Assembly: GCF_009914755.1 (NCBI RefSeq) | Contig: NC_060932.1 | From: the human T2T-CHM13v2.0 reference genome, Homo sapiens | DNA: 64,000 bases | Strand: one strand, 5' to 3' | Notes under the pieces: model-generated | What the model was told of the DNA's origin: nothing | Seen by the model: the letters and a program-made list of their open reading frames with translations, nothing else | Database searches by the model: none | Part shown: piece by piece, positions 16,584 through 28,811 of the stretch | How the letters are laid out: each line of letters begins with the position of its first letter | Numbering within the stretch: the first letter of the stretch is position 1 | Made by a program: the position numbers and the translations under genes

Positions 16584-19344
16584 AACAAGATACCCCAACT
16601 GCTGCTGGGAATTGGGTGATGACCGCTCTAGCTACTTCCTGCTGGATGGGGTGAAGAAGGGGCCCTGCAGTTGTAGTGTTCTCTGGAGGGGAAATCTCTA
16701 GGCCAGTTATCGAGGGAACCAGCCCCCAATATTTCAATGTAGGTTCTTTCTATTTTCCATAAGTGTCGACCAGCTGAGAAATAAACAGAAAGAGTACAAA
16801 GAGAAGAATTTTACAGCTGGGCCTCCAGGGGTGACATCACATATTGGTAGGACTGTGATGACCACCTGCGCCACAAAACCAGCAAGTTTTATTAAGGATT
16901 TCAAAAGGGGAGGGTGTACAAGAACAGGAAGTAGGTTCACAAGATCACATGCTTCAAATGGCAAAAAGGAGAACAAAGATCACATGCTTCTGAGGAAACA
17001 GGACAAGGGCAAATTCAGAACTACTGATAAGGGTCTATGTTCAGCTGTGCATGTATTGTCTTGGTAAACACCTTAAACAAAAGAAAACAGGGTTTGAGAG
17101 CAGAGAACCAGTCTGACGACAAGTTTACCAGGGTGATTTCCCAATCCTAGTAAGCTTGAGGGTACTGCAGGAGACCAAGGCATATTTCAGTCCTTATCTC
17201 AACCACATAAGACAGACACTCCCAGAGTGGCCGTTTATAGACCTCTCCCCAGGAATGCATTCCTTCCCCAGGGTATTAATTATTAATATTCCTTGCTAGG
17301 AAAAGAATTTAGTGATATCCTCCCTACTTGCACATCCATTTATAGGCTCTCTGCAAGAAGACCTTATGGTTGTCTTCCCCTGTTCCCTGAAAAATCACTG
17401 TTACTCTGTTCTTTTTCAAGGTGCACTGATTTCATATTGTTGAAACACACATGTTTTATAATAAATTTGTACAGTTAATTCAAATGTCATAGTGGTCCTG
17501 AGGTGATGTACATTCTCAGCTTACAAAGATAACAAGATTAATAGATTAAAGACAGGCATAAGAAATTATAAAAGTATTATTTGGGAATTGATAAATGTCC
17601 ATATTAAAATGAAATCTTCACAATTTATGTTCCTCTGCCATGGCTCCAGCTGGTCCCTCCATTTGGGGTCTCTGACTTCCTGCAACCTCCAGTCAAATGG
17701 CCAGTGGGTTGATCCAGGGGTCCTCGGTAGAAGCTGTGAGTTGAGCTCATTTGGGGTTCCATCTGTAAGACCATCTGTAGCTTGATGGCCTCACTCCTGG
17801 AGGAAATATATTTGATAAGGAGGTTAAAAGTACAGGGTCCAAAGGCGAGTAATAGCAAGATGGCATTGTCTGATTTCAGAAGCCTTTTCCTGTAAATGCC
17901 AGGAGGGATCTTGTACTATCCCTGACTGATTAGTGTAAAAGCAAAACTCTTCCCCTAAGAAGATGCAAAGTCCTCCCTTCTCAGCAGTGAGGAGGTCTAG
18001 GCCTCTGCGGTTTTGGAAAGTCACTGCTGCCAAAGAGTCTATTTGGGGTTGTAAAGACATTTTTTGTTATTTCTTGCAAACTGTCAGAAATCCTTTCAGA
18101 GTGAGTGGTAGTAGGATAGTGAAGTGGACAAACTTGCTATTCCGGCTCCTGTAGCAGTGGCCATTCCTAACCCTATAAGTAGGGGTATTAGTTGTACAGC
18201 CCTGTGCTGATGGACTTGAGCTTTGACAAGCACTGATAGGGTCTGATGTCCTGGAGCAATGTCAATGTTGGGACTCAGGAAGACTAAGGTGCAGGTGCCT
18301 GTCCAGTTGGTGGGGAGGCAGATATAAGTTGAAGTTCCACATAAGAAGAATATGCCTTGGCTGTGTAAACAGAACTGGTTGTGTAGGTTAAAAAGGTGTG
18401 TGAGTTTGTTGTTTTCATTTTCCCATACTCCTAGAGTACTTGCCAATGTGGCTCCGGTGAGCAGCTGGAAAGGAGTGTTGGGAGCAAACTGAGTGGCTCC
18501 CTGTGTTCTATTTTCCCATTAGAGAAAAAATCGTTTTGTATCTGCTAGGAACTATTCAAGGGAGTGATTGAAAGAGGGGATGAGAAATCATTCATTAGTG
18601 GTGGGGGCACTGCTGCAGGGGGTCCAGGGGTGAATCGTCATGCAGGGAGCATTTTTGCCATTACAAAATCCAGACTGTTTGTTAAGCAGGGAGAAGGTGA
18701 TGATTTTTGGAGGACCTGAGAAGCAGACAAGCCATCTGAATGGAGCTGTTTGGGTGATTCAGAAGTTACTATGATAAATTGGGGCTTGAAGTTGAAGGGT
18801 GTAATTACACTGATGGGATAGTAGGTGCCCCAGGGGCAGGCCTGATAAAAGGTTGTGTTGGATGCATAAGGGGGCTTGAAAAGTTAAGACGGTATTCGTG
18901 GTTACAGGGCTTTTCATTGCTCATGTAATAAGTGAAGTTGGAAATGTAAGACCATAAAAGTTGGATTGTGCATCCTATTAGGGTATTCTTCGTCCTATCA
19001 AAGATGGGGAAGTTGGCTAATGATTGCATATTTAGAAGTCAGAAAGGGTCTTTTCCTTCATAACGAGGGTGGTAGGTTAAGTTAGTAAAGACAGGGTTTT
19101 TTGCAGGAACAGGGGTGGCAACACACGCAGTGGCTGATAGAGAGATACAAAGCCAGCAGTCATTTGCCAGAGAAGGGTTGGACTGGTTTAACAGAGAGTA
19201 GGTTAAGTTGAGAGTTTTGTAGAGGTAATTAGGAGCTAGTGGAAGGGGAGGGGTGACTATCTGGGGTGTCCAAGGAAGCAGGAGGGATAGATAGGCAAAG
19301 AGTAAGTAGGAGGGTAAAGAGGGTGCCCTAGAAGATGAGATCAT
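16584..19344 (-). pseudogene. env: Retroviral env, disrupted by frameshifts, a TM-region deletion and the MER11 insertion
   Basis: Signal peptide MISSSRAPSLPSYLLFAYLSLLLP; CWLC; cleavage/fusion region HQHR-AVQLIPLLIGLG; ISD FQNRRGLDLLTAEKGGLC; CX6CC mutated to CIFLGEEFC; tail IKLQMVLQMEPQM resembles syncytin-1. Confidence 0.9.
16708..17687 (-). mobile_element. MER11 (HERV-K11/HML-8) solo LTR, MER11C-like, inserted in the env tail
   Basis: Minus strand begins (g)GTTGCAGGAAGTCAGAGACCCCAAATGGAGGGACC and ends GGCTGGTTCCCTCGATA; 6-bp TSD gccagt/tccagt. Confidence 0.88.
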
Positions 19345-19563
19345 TTTATCCAGTCTGAGTTAAAGGTAGCAGTAAATTGCTGTCAGCAGGAAGGATGATA
19401 GAAAAAAGGTTGACGTGATTAGGATTGTTGTCCCTGCAGAAGCTACAGTATATAGTCTTACTGCAAAGAATATGGTAGTATACTGCTTAATAATGCGATG
19501 AAACAGAAAAAGGATTCCATTCAAGGGGAAAGGAGAGGTGTTAAAGATTATGTAGGTTTTCAC

Positions 19564-22500
19564 TTATCTTTTTACGTAGGAAAGGTTTTTCCTCAGGATC
19601 AGCTGTAGGAGTCTTTTTAGTCTGGGATGTTTCCTTCTGAAATAGGAGATGGAAGTCCTCCAATGGCTCACAGGTGTATCAAGGCTGGTCTGGCTGAACT
19701 TGGGACTCCTGAGCTGTCAGTCCTGCAGGTTCCTCAGGGGATGTCCAAAGTTTAACTCAGGTGTGGTGAATCCAAGATTCCACTCCTGCCACCATCACTG
19801 CAGTGGGGGTAGAGAGGATTACTGAGTATGGTCCTTCCCACAAAGAATCCATAGATGGGGAGGTAGAGGGGAGGGATTTGACCAACACTAGTTCTCTTGG
19901 TTGAAACAATTCCGTTCTCTTTTCTCTGTGACATCCTTTGGGTAGGTTTTAAAGGTTTTGTTGATATTTTGCCAAAGAAGTTATATATTTGACCAAGTTG
20001 GCTGTTTCCTGATCAAGTAGGAAGTCATTGGTGAGAAAAGGTCGTCCATACAACATTTCATATGGACTGAGCCCCATTTTGTAAGGAGAATTTCGGATTC
20101 TTAACAAGGCCATGGGCAAGAGAGTAGACCATAGGAGATGAGTTTCTTGTGTTAGCTTCCGTAAATGCCTCATGAGTGTTTCATTTGCCTTCTTGACCTT
20201 CCCTGAGGATTGTGGCCTCCAGATGCAGTGAAGGTGGTATTGTATCCCTAGCGCCCTGGAAATTCCCTGATTTACCGTGGCTTTAAAAGCCGGACCATTG
20301 TAGCTTTGTAAGCCTTGGGGAAGCCCACATCTAGGAATTATTTCATGAATTAGGACTTTAACCACTTCCTGAGCCTTCTCTGTTTTGCAGGGGAAGGCTT
20401 CTATCCAATTTGTAAAGGTATCAGCACAGACCAACAAGTGTTGAAATCCCCTTGACTAAGGCATATGGGTGAAGTCTAACTGCCAGTCCTCTCCAGGATA
20501 GTGATCTATTCTTTGTTCCCCCAGAGGGGCCTTACGATGAAGCAAGGGGTTATTCCTTTGGCACACCTCAGAGGCTTTGACTACTTGTCGGATTGTCCAG
20601 AGGAGATTTGGCCCTGTAAATAGGGATTTGGCCATTTGATGTGTGTTCTCAATACCTATATGAAAAGTTTGATGGAGGGTCTTAAGTATTTTCCACTGGC
20701 TGGCTTCAGGTATGAGTACCTTTCCCTCTTCTGTTGTTAACCACCCCTAGGGGAGAAAACTATGCCCCTGTGAAAGTCCCCATTCTGTTTTGGTCAGGGA
20801 ATACTGGGGCTTAATCTATTGGAGAGGGTTGTTCCATATCAAGGGTCCTTCCATAGGTATTTCTAACGGGAAGTTCCACCTGGCAGCAATTTTGGCCTCA
20901 GCGTCTGCCCAGCGGTTTCCTTTTGCCATTTCTCCTTCACCTTTTTGATGGCTTTGGCAGTGTAAGACTGCCATCCACTTGGGTTTTTGCATTGGTTGCA
21001 ATAACTCCATGATATCCTTGTGGTATTTAATGGGGGTTCCCCCAGACATTAGGAGCTCCCTTTCTTTCCCTATTGCAGCATGGGCATGTAGGATTATATA
21101 AGCATACTTGCTATCTGTATACACATTTATTCTTTTTCCCTTTCCCAGTTCTAAGGCTCAGGTAAATGCCACTAGTTCTGCTAACTGGGCTCTGGTCCCT
21201 GGGGGAGGAGGCTTATTTTCAAGTACTGTTACATCACTAACTATGACACAACCAGCCCTTGGTATTGCATTCTCCACAAATGAACTTCCATCTATATATA
21301 GGTTAAGGTCAGGGTTAGCTAAAGGGACTTCTAAGAGTTCCTCTTGGGCGGCATGAGTCTGGTCTACAATTTGTTGGCAGTCATGCTCGATTGGTTCCCC
21401 ATCCTCTGGGAGAAAAGTGGCAGGGTTGAGGGCTGCACATGTGTGTATTTGAAGCACTGGTCCCTCAAGGAGTAGCACCTGGTATCTAAGCAGGCAGTTA
21501 TCTGATAGCCATGAACTTCCTTTGGCACCTAGTATGCCATTTACATCATGAGTAGTCCAGACAGTGAGATCCTTTCCTTGTATTATTTTGATAGCCTCTG
21601 ACACTAAGATGGCCGCCACCACAACAAACTGTAAACAGTGAGGCCAGCCTTTTGTTATTACATCAATTTCCTTACTTAGGTATGCCACTGGTTGTGGGGT
21701 TATCCCACAAGTCTGAGTAAGGACTCTAAGAGCTATCTGTGCTCTCTCTGTGGCATATAAAGAGAAGTTTTGTTCTGTGGGAAGGCTAAGGCTGGAGCTT
21801 GTGCTAGGGCCTGCTTTAAGGTTTTGAAGGCTGTTTCTGCCTCTGGTTCCCATTCTACTAGATAAGTATTTGCCCTCTGTGTCTCCTTGATTAGAGTACA
21901 GAGTGGCCTGGCCATCTCGCTATATCCGGGGATCCACAGTCGGCAAAAGCCGGTGATTCCAAGGAACCCCCACAACTGTTGTAATGTCTTAGGGTGAGGA
22001 TAAGCCAGTATAGGCTGTATTCATTCCTTGTTGAGGGCCCTAGTTCCTCTGGCTAAGATTAGGCCTACATATTTGACTTCTTTTAGGCAGAGCTGGGTCT
22101 TCGGTTTAGAAACCTTGTTCCCTTGATTAGCTAGAAAGTTCAAAAGATCTAGATTAGCCTGCTGGCATGAGACTTCCAAACAGGTAGCCAAAAGTAAATC
22201 ATCCACATAATGAAGGACCAAAGTGCCTGGACTTGGAAGTGGCCTAGAGCTTGGGCCAGTGGGTGATCAAACAGATGAGGACTATCCTTAAACCTTTGAG
22301 GCAAGACCGTCCATATAAGTTGGAACATGTGTTCTGTGAGATCCTCAAAGGCAAAGAGAAACTGGGAGCCAGAGTGCAGAGGAATGCAAAAGAAGGCATC
22401 CTTTAGGTCCAGAACAGTGAACCATTTTGCTTCCTCTGGTATTTGAGAGAGAAGGGTATAGGGGTTAAGTACAACTGGGTATAGAGGAATTACTGTCTCA

Positions 22501-23143
22501 TTGATGAGTCTAAGATCTTGCACTAGTCTCCACTGACTGTTTGGTTTTTGTACTCCTAGAATTGGGGTGTTGCAGGGACTGCTACATTTTCTTACTAAGC
22601 CTTGAGTTTTTAAATGTCTAAAAATATCCCATAATCCTTTATGAGCTTCAGGCCTTAAGGGATATTGCCTTTGATAAGGAAAAGTGGTGGAGTCTTTTAG
22701 CTTGATTTGAACCAGACGGGTATTTTTTGCCCTTCTGAATTATCCTTCCAATGCCCAGACTTCAGAGTTGATTCACTCCTCAAGCAGAGGACAACAAATG
22801 GGTAACTTGTTCCCCATATTCATGTAGATAATATCTCCAGCTTCAGCTAATATGTCTCTCCCTAATAAGGGTGTGGGACTTTCAGGCATAACAGGACAGG
22901 CATGTGAAAAAAGCAAAGTCTCTGAATTACAACTGAGGAGGTGGGAGAAATACCTGGTTACAGGCTGTTCCAGGATTCCTCGTAAGGTAACAGACCTTGA
23001 GCACAGCCATCTGGGGGAGGAGATTAACACTGAGAAGGCTGCACCAGTGTCCAGGAGGAAGTCAATTTCCTGGCCCTCAATGGTTAAACTTACCCGGGAC
23101 TCAGTGAGGGTGATGACATGAGCTGTCGCTTGCCCAGGCACCC
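19564..23143 (-). pseudogene. pol: Retroviral pro-pol (protease, RT, RNase H, integrase), fragmented
   Basis: LLDTGA protease; LDLKDAFF, LPQRF and YVDDLLL RT; YIDGSS, AQLAEL and YTDSKY RNase H; integrase DTFTNWIEAFP, SYNGPAF and SSGKVKK with two catalytic residues mutated. Confidence 0.93.
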
Positions 23144-24604
23144 TCAGTCCTGTTGTTGGATCATCTGGTTGGGAGCTTCTGGCCCAAAGAACCTTTGTCC
23201 TCTGGGGCAGTATGTCTTCCAGTAATTGCCTCGGCATAGTGGACATGGGCAAGGTGGCAGCTTGTTTCTCATTGGACAATCTTTTTTAAGGTGTCCTTGC
23301 AAACCACACTGATAACAAGCCCTACCAGGTAATTGGCCTGCTCCATTTTCTGTCCTGTCTGAACCAGCAAGGTTTGTTTGCCTGAGGGCCATGCCTGAGG
23401 CTGCAGCGTTTCTTTTATGTCACTTTTCCTTTTTTGGCCTGTTCTTCTTGGTCCCTATTATAGAACCCCAAGGTTGCCAGCTTTAATAATGCCTCCAGAT
23501 TTTGTTCAGGGCCCAAGGCTTGCTTTTGGAGCTTTCTCCTGATATCTGCAGCTGATTGTGTAATTAAGTTATATTTGAGGATCAATTGACTTTCGAGGGA
23601 GTCGGGTGATAGGGGAGTATATTTTCTTAAGGCCTCCCGTAGTCACTCGAGGAAGGCAAAAGGATTTTCTTCCTTTCCCTGAGTTATAGTGGACATCATT
23701 GAATAACTCATGGGCTTTTTCCTAATTCTTCTTAGTCCTTCTAGAACACAGGTGAACAGATGTTTGTGACACCAGTCCCCATGATCTGAGTTGAGGTCTC
23801 AGTGGGGATCCATACTAGGGACAGCTTACTGACCAGTAGGGAATTTGACTCTTTCTTCAGCTATCGTTCTATCATCTACTTGACTAAGAACCAGGTATCT
23901 CCAAACTCTCAGGCTGCAGCTAAAGCCACATTCTTTTCATCAAAGGCCAGTGTTTGATCTAATAATAGCATGATATCTCTCCAAGTGAGGTCAAGGATTT
24001 GCCCTAGACCTTGTAGGACAGGTATATACCTATCAGGATCATCTGAAAATTTCCCCAGGTCTACTTTGATCTGCTTTAATTCAGAAAGGGAGAAGGCGAC
24101 ATGTACCCAGCTTCGTCCAAATTCCTCTTCCCCTACAGCTTGAAGGGGACATAACCAATAACCCGGGGATTTTTGTGGTCCCTCGGAGATTTCTTTGCTT
24201 GTTTTCTTCTGGGTGGGGGAGATTAGAGGAGGCTCATCATTAATAGGAAGGGGAGCTGTAGGAAGGCTAGGATATGGAGGTAAGCTGAGAGGTCCTCCTG
24301 TGGGATGTAGATTGCAAGCTTTGCATACCTGTGGATTATCCTTCAATGAAAAGAAAGCTTTGACATAAGATATTTCACTCCATTTGTCTTCCCTCTTACA
24401 GAAAAGGTCAAGCTGCAGGATAGTATTGTAATTTATACTTCCATCAAGTGGCCATTTTTCCCCATCAGAGAGAGAATATTGGGGCCAGGCGATAGTGCAG
24501 AAAAAAATGAGCTGCCTCTTTTTCAGGGTTTGAGGGTCAAATTGGTCCCAATGGCTTAGGATGCATTTCATGGGTGAGCCTGTTGATGCTTGAGTGTTTC
24601 TCAT
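23144..24604 (-). pseudogene. gag: Retroviral gag, fragmented
   Basis: MA start MRNTQASTGSP (Gly2 lost), PPPY late domain, CA region, NC CYQCGLQGHLKKDC plus degenerate second finger CPLCRGNYWKTYC, TGA stop after QQQD. Confidence 0.9.
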
Positions 24605-24872
24605 CTGAAAAAAAAAAACAAAACACTTTTTTTTTTTTCCTGCCCAAGAACCCACAACAGTCCCTGGACCCTGCTGTTTGGAATAATTGAGCTCACCGAA
24701 GCAGCAGCAGAAACACTAGTTTTCCTCCTAGACCACAAAGAGGACTGAGGAAGGTCGGATTTAGTGGCCTTTACCAACTCATTCTCAAAAACCTGCCCCC
24801 TTGCCTTTCCTCTTAGACCACAAAGAGGATCAAGAAAAAATCTAATTTAGTGGTCCTTACAGATACATTCTT

Positions 24873-25191
<319 letters not shown>

Positions 25192-26017
25192 TAGAGTCCT
25201 AAGCATTTTCTCCTGTTGGTATTGGGACCTTACCCTTGTCCTATAAAGATGATATGCCTCAAAATGGAGCAGAGAGCCATACCCTGAGGGAGGGAAGGGA
25301 TCTCCAGTGTTGGAAGAATGATGCCTTTTGTCCTCACTTCTCATCATATGAATAGAAAGGGTATGATTTCTGAGGCTCCCTATATCCTAGCTTTGGGAAT
25401 AGCCTTTGTTAGGCCTGCTAGTCTGAGGAGGGATTCTAAAATTCCAGATAGTACCCTCCCCAATGGGGCTTTGGGCAGAAATTATCTTTCTGATTGGTGA
25501 GCCTAGGTGCCTAAGGAAGGGAACAGATTCCCAAAATTTATACTAGAAATCATTCTTATAGGAGAAACTAGAAAAGCACCAGAAACAGGAAGTGGTTTTT
25601 AGAAGTGGGACTAGCCTCGGAGAATAGGGGCGGGAGGAAGTTTGTCTGACAAGTGTTAGGACCCAGGAGGCAAGGGTCAGGATAGATAAGAAAGGTGGGT
25701 GAGTCTTGCTTGGGCAATGTAACTTTGAGAGTTCTGCTCATGGCTGCAGGGTCAACCAACTTTTTGTCGGGACCCCGAAGCTGAATGGCTTCCCTCTCTG
25801 TCAACCCCCGGCTCAGCCCTGAAGTACAGGAAAAGTGGAAGCTGGTTCCATGCAAACCAACACTCCTAACTCTGAAGAGTCGGGGATTGTTAGAGCGCCT
25901 TTCCCAGAAAGCCTGACACCCGTGTCTTTAGTCCGGCGGCCAAGAGGTGCCCGTTGTTTGGCCCCCAAATTCTAAGGGAAAATGGGACAGAATAGTAAGT
26001 GAAAGGAGTCCAAAGAT

Positions 26018-26023
26018 ACTCAC
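26018..26023 (-). promoter_or_regulatory. Putative major splice donor
   Basis: Minus strand 'gca|gtgagtat' just downstream of the PBS, the usual position in gammaretroviruses. Confidence 0.55.
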
Positions 26024-26034
26024 TGCATGGCAAT

Positions 26035-26052
26035 ACCTTGGACGAGCCCCCA
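26035..26052 (-). promoter_or_regulatory. Primer binding site, tRNA-Pro type
   Basis: Minus strand TGGGGGCTCGTCCAAGGT versus PBS-Pro TGGGGGCTCGTCCGGGAT: the first 13 nt are identical, 3 nt after the LTR end. Confidence 0.8.
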
Positions 26053-26055
26053 GGT

Positions 26056-26639
26056 TGTGTCTGGATTTGGTTCCTTCTGGTGGGTTAGTGGTCTTGCTGA
26101 CTTCAAGAGTGAAGCTGTGGATCTTTGCAGTGAGTGTTACAGCTCTTTGCAGTGAGTGTTACAGCTCTTAAAGATGGCACAGACCCAAAGAGTGAGCAGT
26201 AGCAAGGTTTATTGTGAAGAGCAAAAGAACAAAGCTTCCACAGTGTGGAAGGGGACCAGAGTGGGATGCTGATGCTGGCTGGGGGTAGCCAGCTTTTATT
26301 CCCTTATTTATCCCCTCCCATGTTCCATTTCTGTCCTGTCAGAATGCCCTTTTTTCAATCCTCCCTGTGATTGGCTACTTTTAGGATCCTGCTGATTGGT
26401 GCGTTTTACAGAACATTGATTGGTGCATTTTACAGAGCACTGATTGGTGCATTTTACAATCCTCTTGCTAGCTACACAGCACTGATTGGTGCATTTTACA
26501 ATCTCCTTGCTAGCTACAGAGCACTGATTGTTGTGTTTTTACAGAGTGCTGATTGGTGCATTTTATAATCCTCTTGTAAGACAGAAAAGTTCTCCAAGTC
26601 CCCACTCAACCTAGGAAGTCCAGCTGGCTTCACCTCTCA
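26056..26639 (-). mobile_element. 5' LTR (LTR12-type)
   Basis: Minus strand TGAGAGGTGAAGCCAGCTGGACTTCC...CCAGACACA; homologous to 15797-16571. Confidence 0.92.
26391..26580 (-). promoter_or_regulatory. U3 tandem CCAAT (NF-Y) repeat array of LTR12
   Basis: Six 'tgattggtgc'-type units (one mutated); a known LTR12 enhancer feature. Confidence 0.75.
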
Positions 26640-28397
26640 CCTTCTGCCTATGAGCCTGTGAAATCTAAAACAAGTTAGTTATTTCATAGACACAATGGTA
26701 GTAAAGGCATTTAGTAAATACGCCTGTTCCAAATAGGAGAAATTGGCCAAAACTAAAGGGCTACAAGCCCCATATAAGTCTGAAATCCAGTAGGGCAATC
26801 ATTAATCCTGAAAGTTCCTAAATGATCTCCTTTGACTCCATGTCTCACATCCAGGTCATGCTGATGCAAGAGGTGGGCTCCCACAGCCTTGGGCAGCCTC
26901 GGTGGCTTTGCAGGGTATAGGCCCCCTTCCAGCTGCTTTCATGGGCTGACATTGAGCATCTATGAGTTTTCCAGGTACATGGTGCAATCTGTCAGTGGAT
27001 CTACCATTCTGGGATCTGGAGGACAGTGGATCTCTTCTCACAGCTTCACTAGGCAGTGCCCCATTGGGGACTCTGTGTGGGAGCTCCAACCTCACATTTC
27101 CCCTCTGCCCTGCCCTAGCAGAGGGTCTCCATGAGGGCTCCACGACTGCAGCAAATTTCTGCCTGGACATCCAGGCATTTCCATACATCATCTGAAATCT
27201 AGGCAGAGGTTTCCAAACCTCAATTTTTTACCTCTGTGCAATTGCAGGCTCAACAACATGTGAAAGCTGCCAAGTCTTGGAGCTTGCACCCTCTGAAGCC
27301 ACAACCTGAACTGTACCTTGGCCCTTTTTAGCCATGGTTGGAGCAGCTAGGGTGCAGGGCACCAAGTCCTGAGGCTGCACACTAGGCTGCACACAACAGG
27401 GAGACTTAGGCACTGCCCATTAAACCATTTTTAACTCCTAGGCTTCCTGGCCTGTGATGGGAGGGGCTGCTGTGAAGGTCTCTGGCATGCCCTGGAGACA
27501 TTTTCATCATTGTCTTGGTGATTAACATTAGGCTTCTTGTTACTTATGTGAATTTTCTGCAGCTGGCTTGAATTTCTCCCCAGAAAATGAGATTTTCTTT
27601 TCTATTGCAGGGCAGGCTGCAAATTTTCCAAACTTTTATGCTCTGGTTCTTCTTGAAACCTTTGGCACTTAGAAATTTCTTCTGCCAGATACCCTAAATT
27701 ATCTCCCTCAAATTTAAAGTTCCAAAGATCTCTAGGGCAGGGACAAAATGCCACCAGTCTCTGCATAGCAAGAATGACCTTTACTCCAGTTCCTAACAAG
27801 TTCCTCATCTCCATCTGAGACCACCTCAGCCTGGACTTTATTGTCCATATCACTAGCAGCATTTTGGTCAAAGCTACTCAACAAGTCTCTAGGAAGCTCC
27901 AAACATTCACACATTTTTCTTTCTTCTTCTGAGCCCTCTAAACTGTTCCAACCTCTGCCTGTTACCCAGTTCCAAAGTTGCTTCCACATTTTCAGGTGTC
28001 TTTACAGCAGCACCCCAATACCTGGTATCAACTTACTGTATTAATCTCTGCTCACACTGCTAATAAAGTCATACCCAAGCCTGGGTAATTTATAAAGGAA
28101 AGAGGTTTAATTGACTCACCGTTCCGCAGGGCTGTGGAGGCCTCAGGAAACTTATTAATATAATAATGGTGAAAGGGGAAAAAAGCAGTCCTTCATGCGG
28201 TGAAAGTGCTGAGCAAAAGGGGAAATGTCCCTCATAAAATCATCAGATCTTGTAAGAACTCACTCACTCATGTGAACTGAGGGTAACTTCCCCCATGATT
28301 CAATTACCTCCCACTGGGTCCCTCCCATAATGTGTGGGTATTGTGTGAACTACAATTCAAGATGAAATTTGGGTGGGGACACAGCCAAACCATATCA

Positions 28398-28811
28398 CTC
28401 TTCTAGTAGTTTTCAGTGTCTATTATTGCCCTGTTATATCCATGTGTACCCAATGTTTAGCTTCCACTTATAAGTGAGAACATGCAGTATTTTGTTTCTG
28501 TTTCTGCATTAACTTGCTGAAGATAGTGACCTCCAGCTGCATCCACGTTACTGCAATGAACATGATTTCATTCTTTTTTATGGTTTCATAGTATTACATG
28601 GTGTGTATATATCACATTTTCTTTATCCAGTCCACCACTGATAGGCACTTAGGTTGATTCCATGTCTTTGCTATTGTGAATAGTGCTGTGATGAACATGT
28701 GAGTGCATGTCTTTTTTTGGTAGAACAATTTGTTTTCTTTTTGATATACATCCAGTAATGGGATTACTGAATTGAATGTAGTTCTGTAGTTCTAAGTTCT
28801 TTGAGAAATCT
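28398..28811 (-). mobile_element. L1PA15/16-type 3' end, right part
   Basis: 'ctagtagttttcagtgtctattattgcc...cacttataagtgagaacatgcagtat' continues from 15285. Confidence 0.85.

Noticed and set aside
17625-19344. Possible domesticated syncytin-like env
   Set aside because: Split over several frames, cleavage site and CX6CC altered, TM partly deleted, tail interrupted by MER11
19949-24655. Functional Gag or Pol proteins
   Set aside because: Many frameshifts and stops; integrase catalytic D and E mutated; Gag Gly2 lost
26391-26580. CRISPR-like repeat-spacer appearance
   Set aside because: Eukaryotic context, the spacers are not unique, and this is the LTR12 U3 repeat array
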